DNA of 54,804 bases, the filler included, from Sphacelaria rigidula (lineage: Eukaryota), in the NCBI GenBank assembly GCA_964200075.2. It is 5 parts of 5 records of this genome, joined end to end, with 100 filler letters (N's around TTAATTAATTAA, not from the genome) between each part and the next. Parts side by side here need not be neighbours in the genome. Positions count along the whole stretch, not along the records: positions 32,945 to 43,824 come from CAXNAA020005748.1; positions 43,925 to 54,804 come from CAXNAA020005749.1; 3 more parts are not named here. The stretch is one strand, 5' to 3'. Below, piece after piece: positions 37,185-49,865 of the stretch (position 1 is the first letter of the stretch; the number at the start of each line of letters is the position of its first letter). Under the pieces are notes generated by a model. The model saw only the letters and a list, made by a program, of their open reading frames with translations. It searched no databases and had not been told where the DNA came from. The position numbers and the translations under genes are program-made.

Positions 37185-39215
37185 CTGAACGTCGAGAAAG
37201 GGTACAAGAGAGGTATGGGGGTACGGATGCGAGACCATGTGGGCGGAGGGGACGGAAGGGGAGTTGGAAGACTCGTAGGCCGCAGACGTCAATTTGAAAT
37301 CGTCCACCTCCCGCGGTGGCAACACCGCCAATCTTGTATGCAGCATGACTCTCCGATACATTTCGCCGGACAGGATTTTCGGGCAGCGCAAGAATTTTCA
37401 TCGGTGTCATGGTGTGATTGCGTCAACCATTACCACCGGGGATCCCCCTCTGCTTCGGTGCGAAAATTTCGACTCCGCGGGGATTCCTACGCTGCTTCTG
37501 CTACTCCACTTCACGTGCCTGCAGTACGACAACCATATTGCATGCCCTCCAGTGGGTGGAAATGCGCGGATTCCAACAGCAAGTCAAATACGCAGTAGAT
37601 ACGAAATCCAAGACTTGACTTCCTTCACGAAGTTGATATGTCGCACTTCGACTAATTACGCCTCGAATCCACCCGTGCCACGGGATACACGTACACCAAG
37701 TTGACTACATGTGCGAAAACATCGACTCAGGGTAACCAATTACGGGGGCGAAGCAAAAACGAAATAAATATTACACCGCCGTAGATCGACGCGAAGGTAC
37801 GAATGAACACTGATGACGATAAAATGCCTCGGCGGGCCCCAGGGAGTGCCTCAGAGGACGCACAAAAAAAACGGCAGTGAAAGCAGGATGTGAATGTATG
37901 CTCTATGGTTATTCCCCAACGCGTAATAGCAAATACTTCTTTCTGCACATCCCCCGCTTCATTCTCAGAGAGAGTCAACAGGGAAAGACATGAAAAGAGC
38001 AGCGATCGCCCAAGGATGGGAATATAGAGCCGGTGCGGAGCGGACCCGCGTCAGGACGAACCCGACAGCGGTTCAAACGCGTATAACCGAGGTTTCATCT
38101 AGAGCCTTTTGCCGCGCTTTCGCCTCATGAAACGAGACCGGAGGACGTGTGACCATCAGCGGTCGGTCCAGCCGGGAACCTCTGAGCGCGCTTTAGGGCA
38201 AAGGGAGCGATACCGCGGCCTGTGTGTAACCACGCATTCACGTCCCAGCTCTCACGTCAGGCTGCGCAACAGCATCCTCCCGGAAAGATGGGAAAGGATG
38301 AATGAAATCTCTTCGAGCCTACTTGTATAAAAAAATGCAACCTGTTGAGAAGTGCGTTTTTGGCTTTTCTCTGGCGTTTCCCCCCGAAAAGAGGGCCAGG
38401 CACATGTTGACGCCTGACACTGACCTCTTTGATTCTTGATGACTTCACCGTTTGTTATTGGGATTGCAAGTTTGGCCAAAACCGAAACCGTGACCTACGG
38501 GGAATGCGAAGGTTCTGTGGAACCGTCTCAGCGAGTGGAGCACGTCATTCCGAGGTGTCAATATCTGCCTGGCCCTATTTTCGAGAGAGAAACGAAGGAG
38601 AGGGACAAAATATTTGCTTATATTCTTCTTTACTCAAAAAGCCGAGCCCAACAGAAAAGTCGACGTTAGTTCACTTGATGAGTTAGTTACACAACATCGG
38701 CGGGAACGTATTATTTGAATAACGTCAAGCCTGACACTAACCCGAATCCCAATGAAGGGATACCGAGAACCGCCGGGCAAGGGGGGTGCAGAGTACACCC
38801 TAGGCCGAACGTGCGTTGCGAGACCCGAGAATCGGCACCGCAGTGGCTGAATCAAGAAAAACTCGCTGTTTGCACGCTAGGATCACAGTCCCATTGAAGA
38901 TTCGAAATTTGGTGGTCATACCTGAATAACGTCAACTTCACCGTACCAAATGGTGAAACTCCGTTGACCCTCCGGCGACACGGGTGGTCATGGATTGTAT
39001 CGGATCAATTTCAGTTGGGAACAAACTGTGCAAGATCCAAATGGACCAACCTGGCGGCCAAAGGCCTAAAATGAAGTCGTCGTCAACGCGAGACAAATGA
39101 CAGCACCGTTCCATGTGCGGCAGTCACATCGACCAGTCCACACGGTGGCAGCTATAGACATCTCGTTGCAGGAGTCAAAACGAAGCAAACTGCATCCATG
39201 TCGGCCCTAACTCAC

Positions 39216-39310
39216 CTGAAGCCCTTCAGAATGTTCGCCCTGGTCGGTGAGTCGTGGGCACCGTCATCCGTGATGATCTTGAGGTTGGGGCCTTCTTCGG
39301 TTGAGTAACC
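39216..39310 (-). CDS. Metacaspase exon (GYSTEEGPNLKIITDDGAHDSPTRANILKGFR)
   Basis: ccccag| ... AG|gtgagt; conserved TDD...PTRANI motif. Confidence 0.9.
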
Positions 39311-39910
39311 CTGGGGAATTAATCAACGCCCGACGCATTCCTATCATGACTGCGATGTATGACGGCGAATCAATCAACTTCTCTACAATTTAAAATGAAC
39401 ATATTGGATAACGGATGGTCGAATCACAGAACGCCACATCCAGGACGTTTCTTCCTCACATGACGGGATAAAATTGCGCCTCACGACTTTCAAAGGGAAC
39501 CAACATCGCAACGGGTAACGATACTGTATTGCATGAAGTATCACCGACGACTGAACTGAAAAAGTTACCTTAAAATCGAGCAAGCGGATGCAAAAATTAG
39601 AATGTTCCCCTTCAAACACCGTTAGTGACGTACAAGATTGATCGGAGTAGATGCGTCTGGGCCAAAGGCTTTCAGGTCAGTTCAAACTCCGGCACATGGA
39701 TGATGATCCATTTAGATATCAAGTCATGCGTAACCACAAGAGTGACGATGAGTTAGTACTACGATAGCATATTCACTCCGGAACGTCGACGGCACGGCAA
39801 CGCATTACTGGGATACGTGAGTAATCAAACACGAATAAACACTGGCGATGTTTGTCAAATCGCAGCAAAAAAAAAGGCAGAGGATACTTCCCCAGCCTTC
39901 AGTAACTCAC

Positions 39911-40030
39911 GTGCTCAGGAATCAATCCCTTCATCGACTCCACATCGTTGTGGCACCCCTTCAGCTCGCCCGCTCCCATGCCCTTGTAGTTGATGCCAAT
40001 GAGGAGGGCTTTGTGGTTACCACCCGTACC
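39911..40030 (-). CDS. Metacaspase exon, start of p20 (KALLIGINY...LKGCHNDV)
   Basis: gtgcag|GGT ... CAC|gtgagt; 120 nt, phase 0/0. Confidence 0.92.
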
Positions 40031-40533
40031 CTGCACAGGCACACATGAACCACCCCGAGTATTGAATCGCAACTTTCGTCAGATGCACGCGCCAACTCAA
40101 GTTCATGCGACACGGAACACGAGGGAGAGTACCACAGGAGAGAATCGATGCGTTTAGATTGTCCATTATTGCACAATAAGACGACCTCCGAGTGAAGATT
40201 GTCTTCACCCGACAATCAAAAGTCAATCCAACCCTTGCGGTTGGCTGACTTCGTTTGGCCCGGGGCCTTTCTTCTGCTGGTGATGTTTTGTGTGACGGGT
40301 GCACCCTCGTTCGAAAACTGACACACCTCACGAATTTCTGTCGTGTGTTCCCGACACATTTCACACGAGTTTTCACATCACCTGGGCACGTCGACCGAAA
40401 GGAGTCGACACGAAAACGCACTTCAATGGGATGAGATAACCCAACACTGCACACGTGTTCCACAACATATACTAGCTGCCATCACGCCATGTCATTATAA
40501 TAGGCAGGTTTCCGCGCGCAACGCACCCAAGAG

Positions 40534-40606
40534 GCTTCTATAGCTCAGCTGGGAGAGCGTAGCACTGAAGTTGCTAAGGTCACTGGTTCGATCCCGGTTG
40601 GAAGCA
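40534..40606 (+). tRNA. tRNA-Phe (GAA), intronless, 73 nt
   Basis: Acceptor GCTTCTA/TGGAAGC+A, D-arm GCTC/GAGC, anticodon arm TAGCA-CTGAAGT-TGCTA, T-arm ACTGG-TTCGATC-CCGGT, followed by a T-run Pol III terminator. Confidence 0.95.
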
Positions 40607-41134
40607 CTTTTTTTCGCCACCGTGTTCTGGTGATCTCTTGACACTCATTAGCAATTCCGGATGGTCAGAAAAACACACGGGTTCGAGTCCTGCCAGAAAC
40701 GTCCGTTGTGTAGCTTTTTCATGAAAAGTATCCAATACCCGTGGCTGAACAACGTCGGGACGTGAGCGCCGAAGAGAGGCCATTCGTCGTAAAATTGTTG
40801 GACGACAGTCCACGTGGTGCGAGATTACTGATCCAATCCGCGTCACCGATATGAAACGTGTTTCCCGAGGGTAGGAGGGTGGACGTGTGGGGGACGGAGG
40901 GAGACTTCTGTATGTATTGAGTATTTGTGGTCGTGAGTATGAAGCATGTCAAGACCAAAACAAAATCCATCTGGAGAGGTGGGGACGGGAACGTTCGGAT
41001 CACACGTGTACAGGCACCAACGCACAGCACTACAAGAGCGGTTATTTCAAGGGCGGCCAACAGCTCCATGAGCCCGAGAATCAAAGACAGACAATGTACA
41101 GCAGTACGTCACCAAACGACAGTATTAGTATTAC

Positions 41135-41272
41135 CGCGCTGAGGGCGAACGGCTGGGAGATGTCCAACTCGCGCGAGGTCGAAAGCTGCGGCACTTGCTT
41201 GAACTTCTTGGCCTTGAGTGTGGAACGCATTCCCTTGAGCAGGCTCATCCACGAGTCAGGCTTGTTGTCCTT
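41135..41272 (-). CDS. Metacaspase exon, end of p10 (KDNKPDSWMSLLKGMRSTLKAKKFKQVPQLSTSRELDISQPFALSA)
   Basis: aagcag| ... GCG|gtaata; QxPQLS motif. Confidence 0.9.
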
Positions 41273-41655
41273 CTGCTTCCCACAAGGACACGACATGGGG
41301 AAGGACAAAACAAGAGCGCGAGAGCACGAATTAGGTCCAGAAACCCAATCATGTGGGTCATTCAGTGTCAGCCGTGCTCACAATGTGGGCTTCTTGTCAT
41401 AACTCTCCCCCCGAGAAGCTACAACCTGTGTTTAGGAGGGACGGAGGAGGGGGTACTCCTTCATTATTTGCCTTCGTCATTTTACCGTCGACAGTGCAAC
41501 TCTATCGGACACAGAGCGACCCTGACCCTTACGGATAAGAGCGTAGAGGGGAATCATTGGCCAACCCCTTCCGAACTGCGGAAGCGATTATGTTGCGGGA
41601 TTAACGTGCTCTCTGTCTCTTCAATCCACAAGGGCGAAACATGACGAAAACGTAC

Positions 41656-41776
41656 CAAGTTAACAAGAACGGCGTTAGTGCAGGCGCCTCCGGCACCCGA
41701 AGCGTCCGGTAGTCCGAACTTGGCTACATCGTGCACGTCCGCCGACGTCTGCTCGTCCTGGCATCCAGAGAACATT
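41656..41776 (-). CDS. Metacaspase exon, p10 (MFSGCQDEQTSADV...GGACTNAVLVNL)
   Basis: tcaag|A ATG TTC ... TTG|gtacg; SGCxDxQTSAD motif. Confidence 0.92.
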
Positions 41777-42069
41777 CTTGACACATCAACAAGAAATACA
41801 AGAGAGGAGACAAGTCATTGACATCATCAATGAGTCGAGATATAACCGGCATGGTTACCGCTATTATAGCACATACATGAGGATCTCTTTCAACACTTCA
41901 ACACTCCAGCGCATACAGGATCCATACCCTAAGGCCCAAGTCGGGCCTCTCAAGCCTCCTCCAAAGGCAACCAAGCGCCACCCTCAACCCACTCCCCCCC
42001 TCTCCCCTTTCGACACCCACCCCTCTCCGCACTTCCCACGAAACCTCACTGAGTAAATCATTTCAGTAC

Positions 42070-42248
42070 CTGACATCGGCCCGGATTGCGCCCTCGACCT
42101 CCTTCTTGAAGTCGCTGTTGTTCATGGCAGCAACCTTGGCTTTGCGCTGCGCGGCAGGCTGCTTGTGCGCGGGGCCCTTTCCTGCGGCGGCCGCCCTGGA
42201 GCCGTCAACGCCTGCTGCCTTGAGAGCGGTGTCAATGCCTTCGTTCAC
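42070..42248 (-). CDS. Metacaspase exon, N-terminal prodomain into p10 (…EVEGAIRADVR); start codon further upstream not resolved
   Basis: atgcag|GTG AAC ... GTC AG|gtactg; phase 2 matches the next exon. Confidence 0.82.
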
Positions 42249-43824
42249 CTGCATCCCAAAAAATAGCGGGGGATTGACAAGGGCGTAGGGTATTCGAGGA
42301 ATCGATGACCTTCGTTCAACACATAAAGAAGGGCGGGTTTACGCGAACCCGGTGACAAACCCCCATGTTCCAACACGAGTTTTGCTCTTCAAACGCCAGC
42401 GGAAACCCCAACTTCAACAGCAGGTCACGTACCCTCCGACTAGGGGGACATATCAAATGCCCTGGGGGAACCGTGCGCTGTTTTGAATCAAACCGTTGTC
42501 TCGCCGAATTGAGTGCTGTGGACGCTAGGCGGGTGCATGAGGGCAACGACCATCCTGAAGATCCGAATATAAACCGCACAAGACCATGTATTTCCCCACG
42601 TGGATTCCTGTTGACAACGTGACCGTGTCGACGGCCAGAGGGGGCGATGGGAAAGTAAAAGAGATGGGAAAGTAAAAGAGGGCTAACCGCCTCAGCCCAA
42701 ACCAGCACTAGAGCATTCACCTGACACCACGATGTTTCAGCAGTTTTGAAGTTCATGTACATGTGTCCTGCAGCGGTGCCAACGAAATCAGCCTACATTC
42801 ACCTCAGAGGCTACGAGCAGCTGATTGCTGTTGAAGACACTGTTTGTAAACAGGCTGCACCTACCACCCAGATCAACTCTGAAAAGCTCTCACCAGGCTG
42901 TGCGTAAAACTACGCCACTTTCGAGAGATGAGATGACCTCAACTGCGGATTTTGGCTACTGGACATGATAGCGACGTCAACACAAGAAAAAAGGGAAATG
43001 ACACAGAAGCTCTTCACTCGATGGGTGGTTATATGGTACATCGCTCCGAAAAAATCCGTGGCATTACGGTCGATATGTGGAATGCGGGAGATACCTCGAA
43101 AACCCCGGTGCACATCCAAGCACGTTCAGATCGTTGCGACCTCAGGTCGCGCCCAAGTAAGTTGTCACTGAGCACGCGACGTTGTGTTTATCCTCAACAC
43201 CCTACCACAAATTGCGAACATGTGGCCATATTCCTGACATATCTAGCCACAAGCACGTTTTCAGCGTGCAACTTGCGCCGAAAACCCAGCCACGAACATA
43301 GCTCTTCAGGTATGCCGCGTGTTGGATCGTAGGTCCTTCCCATGGAGCTCTTGGCTCGTGTGGATTATACCTCCTTAGGGTATTCTCTACGCTGATATTC
43401 AAACGGTGACTCTTGTACGCGAAAATCGGCACACCCTTCTTTTTTTGGCGTAACACCGACATGTTCCGGCGCCATCAACACGGAAATTAAGAAGCTTGAA
43501 GCGAAACATAAAACGCGAGACAGAGGGTACCGCAGGTCAGGGGTATGTTTCACTCATCACCGCCAAAACAGGGGGCATTTTTTCCCCACGATTCATTCTT
43601 CTGTGACCTCATTCCCGACCTCAACAAATTGAGGCGGTCATGATCGTCTCGGGAGGAATCACGATACCCCTGGATGTACGAAGATCGTGCAGAATATACT
43701 TGCTTGTGTACAGGTGGCATGATGCAGGTTGGGGGGGGGGGGGGGGGGGGGACCGCTTTTGTTGTTTGTTTCAGTCTTTTGCCCCCTGCCTCCGCATCCC
43801 TTTCGAACCCCCCCCCACATTTTG

Positions 43825-43924
43825 NNNNNNNNNNNNNNNNNNNNNNNNNNNNNNNNNNNNNNNNNNNNTTAATTAATTAANNNNNNNNNNNNNNNNNNNN
43901 NNNNNNNNNNNNNNNNNNNNNNNN
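43825..43924. other. Artificial contig spacer
   Basis: Same 100-bp linker. Confidence 0.98.
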
Positions 43925-44350
43925 CATCTCTTGATCCTAGTGTCTAGGCGCGGGTCTCTGAGGATCACGTCCAACCTGCCTATCTGTGTCTTACCCTTCT
44001 CTATTACTTTGTTTATGTGTGCATCCCAAGAGCAGTTTCTCGAGATCTCTACGCCAAGGTATGAATACTGGTCTACGATCGGCAGTTCCTCCTCTCCCGA
44101 CTTCCATTTGAACTCTACTGGATTTTTCTCACCTTCGTCACAGACGAGTACCGCGCATTTGTTAACGCTTGCTGTCACTCTCCATTTCCTAGTGTATTCT
44201 AACGCCTTGTCTATCTGTGTCTGTAGTCCTTCTGGTGTTCCTGAGTTCCCCACAAAAGCATCCGCGAACGCCCATCCCGATACCATATCTTTGCCCACCT
44301 GACCCCTTGCTTTGCTGCTTCTATTGCTATTATCAAGTCGTTGATGGCGC
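43925..44350 (-). pseudogene. Non-LTR (LINE) reverse transcriptase fragment, degenerate
   Basis: INDLIIAIEAAKQGV / GKDMVSGWAFADAFVG...KWRVTASVNKC...YSYLGVEIS..CSWDAHI; FADD changed to FADA, plus a frameshift near 44300. Confidence 0.85.
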
Positions 44351-44588
44351 TATAAAACACGCCACCTCCTGCAGGCGCAATGATGTATGTGCACAATAAT
44401 GAATTGGCCGTCTCACGTATGTTCAATGAAATGTTTCAGGCTTTGCATGAACGATACGTTCAGTATTGAAATGCTGTTGACAGTTTCCCACGGGAAGTTG
44501 AGAAGGGCGATCTATGACCGGATTTGAAAAGAGGACAGTGCAAGGGATGTGTGTGCACGAGGGGGGCGGAGAGGGTGCGGAAAATGTA

Positions 44589-45002
44589 CACACGCGGCCA
44601 TTTGGCTACCCCCGAAGAACCCTCCACACAAACCTTGACCCCTCAAGAGGGATCTATTTCGTCTTTGGAGGTGTTTGATCCCTCTGGATGGGTCTAGATG
44701 GACCCCTTCAAATTGACCCCTTCAGAGAGATTAAACACCGCTAGAGGAATAAGTGACGTCTACAGGGAGTTCATATTGAGTTGGATCCTCCAAAGTGAAC
44801 ATAACTCCTATAAGGGGGCTCCATCTCCCTCCCTCTAGAGGGACTTTGTGTGGGTTATTCCTCTAGCGGTGTGCAATCCCTGTGGGGGGATTTACTTCTA
44901 GGTCTCCACAGGGACTATACACCTCCAGAGCCTTTTTCTCTCACTAGAGAGGTCAATTTCGTGTGGAGCGATTGTGTGGGGATGACCAAATGGCCGCGTG
45001 CG
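44589..45002. mobile_element. CACACGCGG MITE family copy with TA target-site duplication
   Basis: TA|CACACGCGGCCATTTGGCTACCCC ... GGGATGACCAAATGGCCGCGTGCG|TA. Confidence 0.82.
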
Positions 45003-46435
45003 TAGCCTGAACATGAGATATCGAACAAGCTTACTCACGAGTTGGGGTAAACGCCGGGGTCGACGACTCTCGATTTGTACGTGGTGACTGATGACAACGC
45101 TAACTTCTGCCTGGAAGGAGGTGCTAGGTATCCGAAATTTAATGATAGCCTACGGTACTCGCCACTGCTCGGCGATAAGACAGTATCAGGTCAAGTTGGC
45201 TCTAGGAGGTGAACGTGAAGGTCTTCACAGGTAGTGTAACAGTAGAGCTTGCCACAGCTCACGTAGTCATGATCATGAAAACTTACGACTCCATTTCGTC
45301 GTATCCATTTGGCTTGCGAACTTACATTTGGACGAACCTTAAATGGTCCATGTTTGTTCTCCGCGATCCACCCGTATGAAAATATCGCATGGTTCGTTCG
45401 ACGGTAGACCTGTGGTACTCAATGGAAGCGCCAAAAGATTTAGCAGTGTACCGTTACAATTGGAACCACAGTAAATCAAGCAAATGCTTACCCAGGACTT
45501 CCACATTTAGTTATATGCATGTGTATGCGCTTTCCAGTGGTAGTTAGCACCAGTACACTGTGGGCCGGGACGATGGCCTCAGAAATTTGTAGAGAACAGT
45601 ATACGATGAATTTAGAATCGACAAACGACGACAGGTTTCCGAATCACATTCTACTCCAATCACGTGCCTTCTGATTCGCACACTACGCCTGGAAATCAAG
45701 CTGCATTGAGTGTTGATGCTGTCTTGATCCTTCACCCGGCAGCAGTCGCTGTCGACACTGAGATCGTGGGGGTAATGCGGGCACGACATGATACCGCTGG
45801 AAGGAGATACGCACTCTACAAGCGTCGCCAACCCGGTGTTTGTTTAGCACACTGCAGTCTGACCATCAAATGACAGTGTTGAGTCAGGGGCCAGTCGACC
45901 CAATCAGGAGAAATATGAGCCGCCGAGGGACATGGCTCCATGGGCTCCTCGCACGAGTCATACTGCGCTGTGACTACATCAACGCTCTAACCGTTTTCAC
46001 TACCCCCACGCCTGCCCCGCTGTTACCTGTAATTAGGCACAGCTCCAAGGTCAAGAATGACGAGCACCATCACGGATGCGCTCAACATGTTGTTGCAGGG
46101 TTTAATCTTTTAATCCTCAGGTGTGATGACTTCGTTTTCGAAGGGCGGTTCAGAAATATCCACGTTTCAAGACCTTCCCAGCAAAAAAGTCCCGAACTAC
46201 ATCCACTTTATCATGACAACGCCTATCCCATCTCCTAAAACCACTAAGCACGATCGACGGCAAAAATAGAGGGACGCCAATAAAAGCAATCCTCGTACTC
46301 GTAAATTCAGGGGGGGCAATGTGAACGGCACGTAACTTGCAACTAAACAATATCCTCTACTCCGTGTGCCCGAATCGCATTGTAGTATCTAAGCGACCGA
46401 ACATATTTAGCGGTGGGTAGGGTGGTGAGAGGCGG

Positions 46436-46933
46436 GGGGTGTACTCATGATCTTGCATGTCGCAGTCGTATGGTCATGGATCTCTCATCCCTATGAAATC
46501 GGGACGGAGCACGTCGGGTTTTCGCCTGACCAGGCTCGCAACCACCAAGCACGAGGCGCCGTACTGTGTTCGGCGAGTCGCATGAAGGATGAGCTGCATC
46601 CTGCTAAGATTGTTGGGCCCGAAGCGTACAGATTATCCTGCATATGTATGACAGCCTACAATGAGTTGCTCTCATTCTCTGCTTTCGCCACTTCCAGAGA
46701 CAGCCACGGGTTGAGCCCTGCCTCATGGGTGTCTCACCATATTAACACGACGTGATACGATCATCCCCTGTTCGCGGAGTTCGAGTTCTCGACCCCGCAC
46801 AACATGATCTAGCTTGACCACCATCGTGGTGACCAGAAAAAAAAAACGCAAGCGAGAAAAAAAGTGATACCTGTTGCCTAGCTCACGCAGTGAGAGGCAT
46901 GTTTTTCAGCGCCTTTGCCAACCGACGCCAACG
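46436..46933 (-). mobile_element. SINE-like element copy D (full length)
   Basis: Collinear with copy A end to end; 3' ATGAGTACACCCCCC. Confidence 0.75.
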
Positions 46934-46954
46934 CCACGGGGGAACGGGGGGTAG

Positions 46955-47390
46955 GGGGCGTACTCATTCATTTGTTGCTTGCCTTAGCCGTTTGACCATT
47001 GACCATGCATCCCTTTCGAGACGGGGCATCGTTCCTACTCCTGATAGAGAAACCTCCAACATTTAGATGCTCATTACGTTCCTTCCATACATTGCACAAA
47101 AAATCGTTCACATATCTTATCCCCGACCTCTTTCGCCGTCTGTGGCCACCATCTAATTCCTAGTATAACCATCGTTTCCTCCCTACTGTCTAGTGCATCA
47201 GACCATTTCATGCTACCTTTGTTCACGTCACGCAAGGGGGGGAAGGGGGGCGTAATCATTTGTTGCTTGCCTTTGCCGTTTCACCATTGACCACGCATCC
47301 CTTTCGAGACGGAGCACCGTTCCTACCCCAAATGGAGACACCTTCAACACCCGGGCACTCATTACGCTTCTTGCATACATTGCACAAAAC
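46955..47390 (-). mobile_element. Two stacked 5'-truncated LINE 3' ends (46955-~47225 and ~47237-47390)
   Basis: Decayed ORF end DALDSREETMVILGIRWWPQTAKEVGDKI...(G)APSRKGCVVNG..KASNK* followed by GAGTACGCCCCC. Confidence 0.75.
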
Positions 47391-47599
47391 GTTTCACGGG
47401 GGAGCAACCTACCCTACGAATTAACACATGTCCATACATCCTGGGTGGTCACAATACATGCAACGGTACAAATACTGCCATTGCTCTAAAACTACGTTAT
47501 CTTATGCCGTTTGACCAACTAACGGTTTCTGGCGAGAGAGCCTGCGCGGCCTGCTAGTACCCTGTCCCCAATTCTACGGCTTGTATGTCTAATCCTTCA

Positions 47600-48216
47600 C
47601 TACCACTCAGTCGGCACGACTGAGCCCTTCAAACTCCTACCGCCTACCGGAGCACCCGGGGTATCATTGCCGAACATCGAAAGATCATCCTCTGGTTCCA
47701 CCTCGCCTAAACCCATCGGTATTATGGGTGATTCCCACGATAACGGTCGCTTCATATCAGAGGGTGGTAGCGATGGTAGATGGGATGACGACGAAACTCG
47801 ATGCGAACCTGCAGAGAGTCGGGAGGAGGCAGCCAAAGGCGGCAGAGATGACCCCGAAGTTCGGTAGGATAGGGGAGCAGCCGCGAGAAGCGGCGCCACC
47901 GGCGGCGGTTCCGGCAGCGGCGGGGGGTACCATGAAGCGATCGCCAACGCCAACAACTTCTCGAGGACCAAAACGACCCAGCTGTAGATGAGCATTGCCA
48001 CGGACATAAATATCAGTCCCTCTGCCACCGGGGTGGGATAGGTCTGAGGGAGGCTGGCAGCTAAGGCTATAAAGGTCACTGCCTCTGTCGTGGTGACCAC
48101 TGCCAAGGCCGCGTGCTCGGGAGTTCCCGAGCCGAATTCGCTATCCAACGCCTGGGTGTCCATGTATTTTACACGAGCAAAACCACATGCGGGGTTGTGT
48201 TGACCACGGATGTTAG
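47600..48216 (-). CDS. Terminal exon of a multi-pass membrane protein (XK-related-like); apparent frameshift near 48170
   Basis: aacaaag| acceptor; two hydrophobic segments (HAALAVVTTTEAVTFIALAA; LIFMSVAMLIYSWVVLVLEKLLALAIA) and a Ser/Pro-rich tail to TAG at 47600. Confidence 0.55.
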
Positions 48217-49505
48217 CTTTGTTTCGTCTCGGGGGTGTCTCTATCATGTGGATAATGGCAACGGCTGGATCATGCCTCCTGGGGGATCAGTTCAAGTACG
48301 ACCATCATCCAATCAATCAACCAACCGATCGAATCAATCGAACAATAAAATCAACCAATCGGTCAGTCACCTTCAGCGTAAGAAGTAGTGCCCTTCTATT
48401 TGCTTGATAAGGACAGCATGATAACAAGGCAGAGAACCGAGCACCGTAGCCCGAACACGAAACTTCGAATTAAATTTGGGTGAAAAAAACGTATTTTTCG
48501 TGCTAAAGAACCAGGTAAGATTTCGACGTGTGGATGAATGGCAATATCATGCCTACTGAAAAGGAAGGGTCGATTTGACGTGAACGGCTGGCAAAAGCTG
48601 CGCACGGGAAGAACAACTAGTGTTGCAACAGGCGAAGGGACGCTAACGTGACCCCAACCTGTACAAACACTGTATTCCCCCCCCCCCCCAAAAAAATAGA
48701 CCTAGGATAGGGGGTCCATCAGTGCACAAATACGGTTTGCACTTGGGTGCCTTTCGGACTAGTTAGACGTACGTAGCGTTTGGATGCTAGACGCGCACAG
48801 CCATCAGAGTGTTTGGACGTGTCTAGTCTTTTTCAGACGCCAGGTAGGTAGTGTGAAAGAGAAAACCGGACTGCAAACAGTGTCGGGGTGTGTGAGTATT
48901 AACTTATTTCAGTTTGAGGGACTCGGAGAATGTAAACCGAAAACGACAGTGAACGAGCCAGAGTTGGTAATCTAGGCAATGATCGAGAGAGGGAGAGGAA
49001 CATGGAGAGGCAGGAGCGGAAGTGTCAATGCACAGACAGTGTTTATGAAGAAAAAAATGTATGTTTCTCCTCAAAGCCGTTCCGGAGGTGTAGGGAGGGC
49101 ATGATGCGCAAACGGAAACAGAAACGTGACTTCCGTGAGCGAACATGAATTCGTCAACCGTGAACTACTGACGATGTACAATGCAGCGGCGTTTCATGTG
49201 CGGATATATCTATAATATGTGCAAACCAACGATACGTCCATGCTAGACCTCTATACAGAACATAACCGAAATATACAACCACGCGCTCGACGACCAGATT
49301 CGCAAGATGGTTCGACATCATTACTGCAACATCCCATGTACTACGTGGCATAGCGTGTTCAGTACAGTGTGCTGAAAATAAACGCTCCTGGTGACCAAAA
49401 ATTTGACCGGGGCCTGTCGATCATTTGGCGGTGCTGCTATTATTGGTATTCCGCCGAGCACGGCGCAAGTGTGCTGGTCTTCTACTCCGTAGCGGTTTCT
49501 CTCAC

Positions 49506-49865
49506 CAAAGAACGATACAAGGCTCCTTTCACGGCAGACGCCGAGATGGCCGTCCACCTTGTCCGCGGCGCGGGCATCCCGACCTTTCGCCGTACGAGGC
49601 ATCGTATGGCCATCCCAGGCAACAAGGCAATCAATGTAAACAACAAACAAAAGAGCGGTCCGCTGGCGGCAAGCCCCGCGACAAAGGTGCTGAGCGGAAA
49701 TGCCCTCACCCCTAGCTCCCCAACGTGATACCCGATCATGAGCAGCCGCGGCAGTGCCGAGTCGCTGAAGTACAGGATACCTTTGAATGGCAACTCTGTT
49801 GTTGACACCCTCGTCGTGGGCGTGACTGCCTTCTCCCATTTCTTGAGAAATTCCAGCCGGAGAGC
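49506..49865 (-). CDS. Exon of the same membrane protein (ALRLEFLKKWEK...LLMIGYHVGELGVRAFPLSTFVAG...LYRSL)
   Basis: ccaag| acceptor, TTG|gtgaga donor, 360 nt open, hydrophobic helices. Confidence 0.65.
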
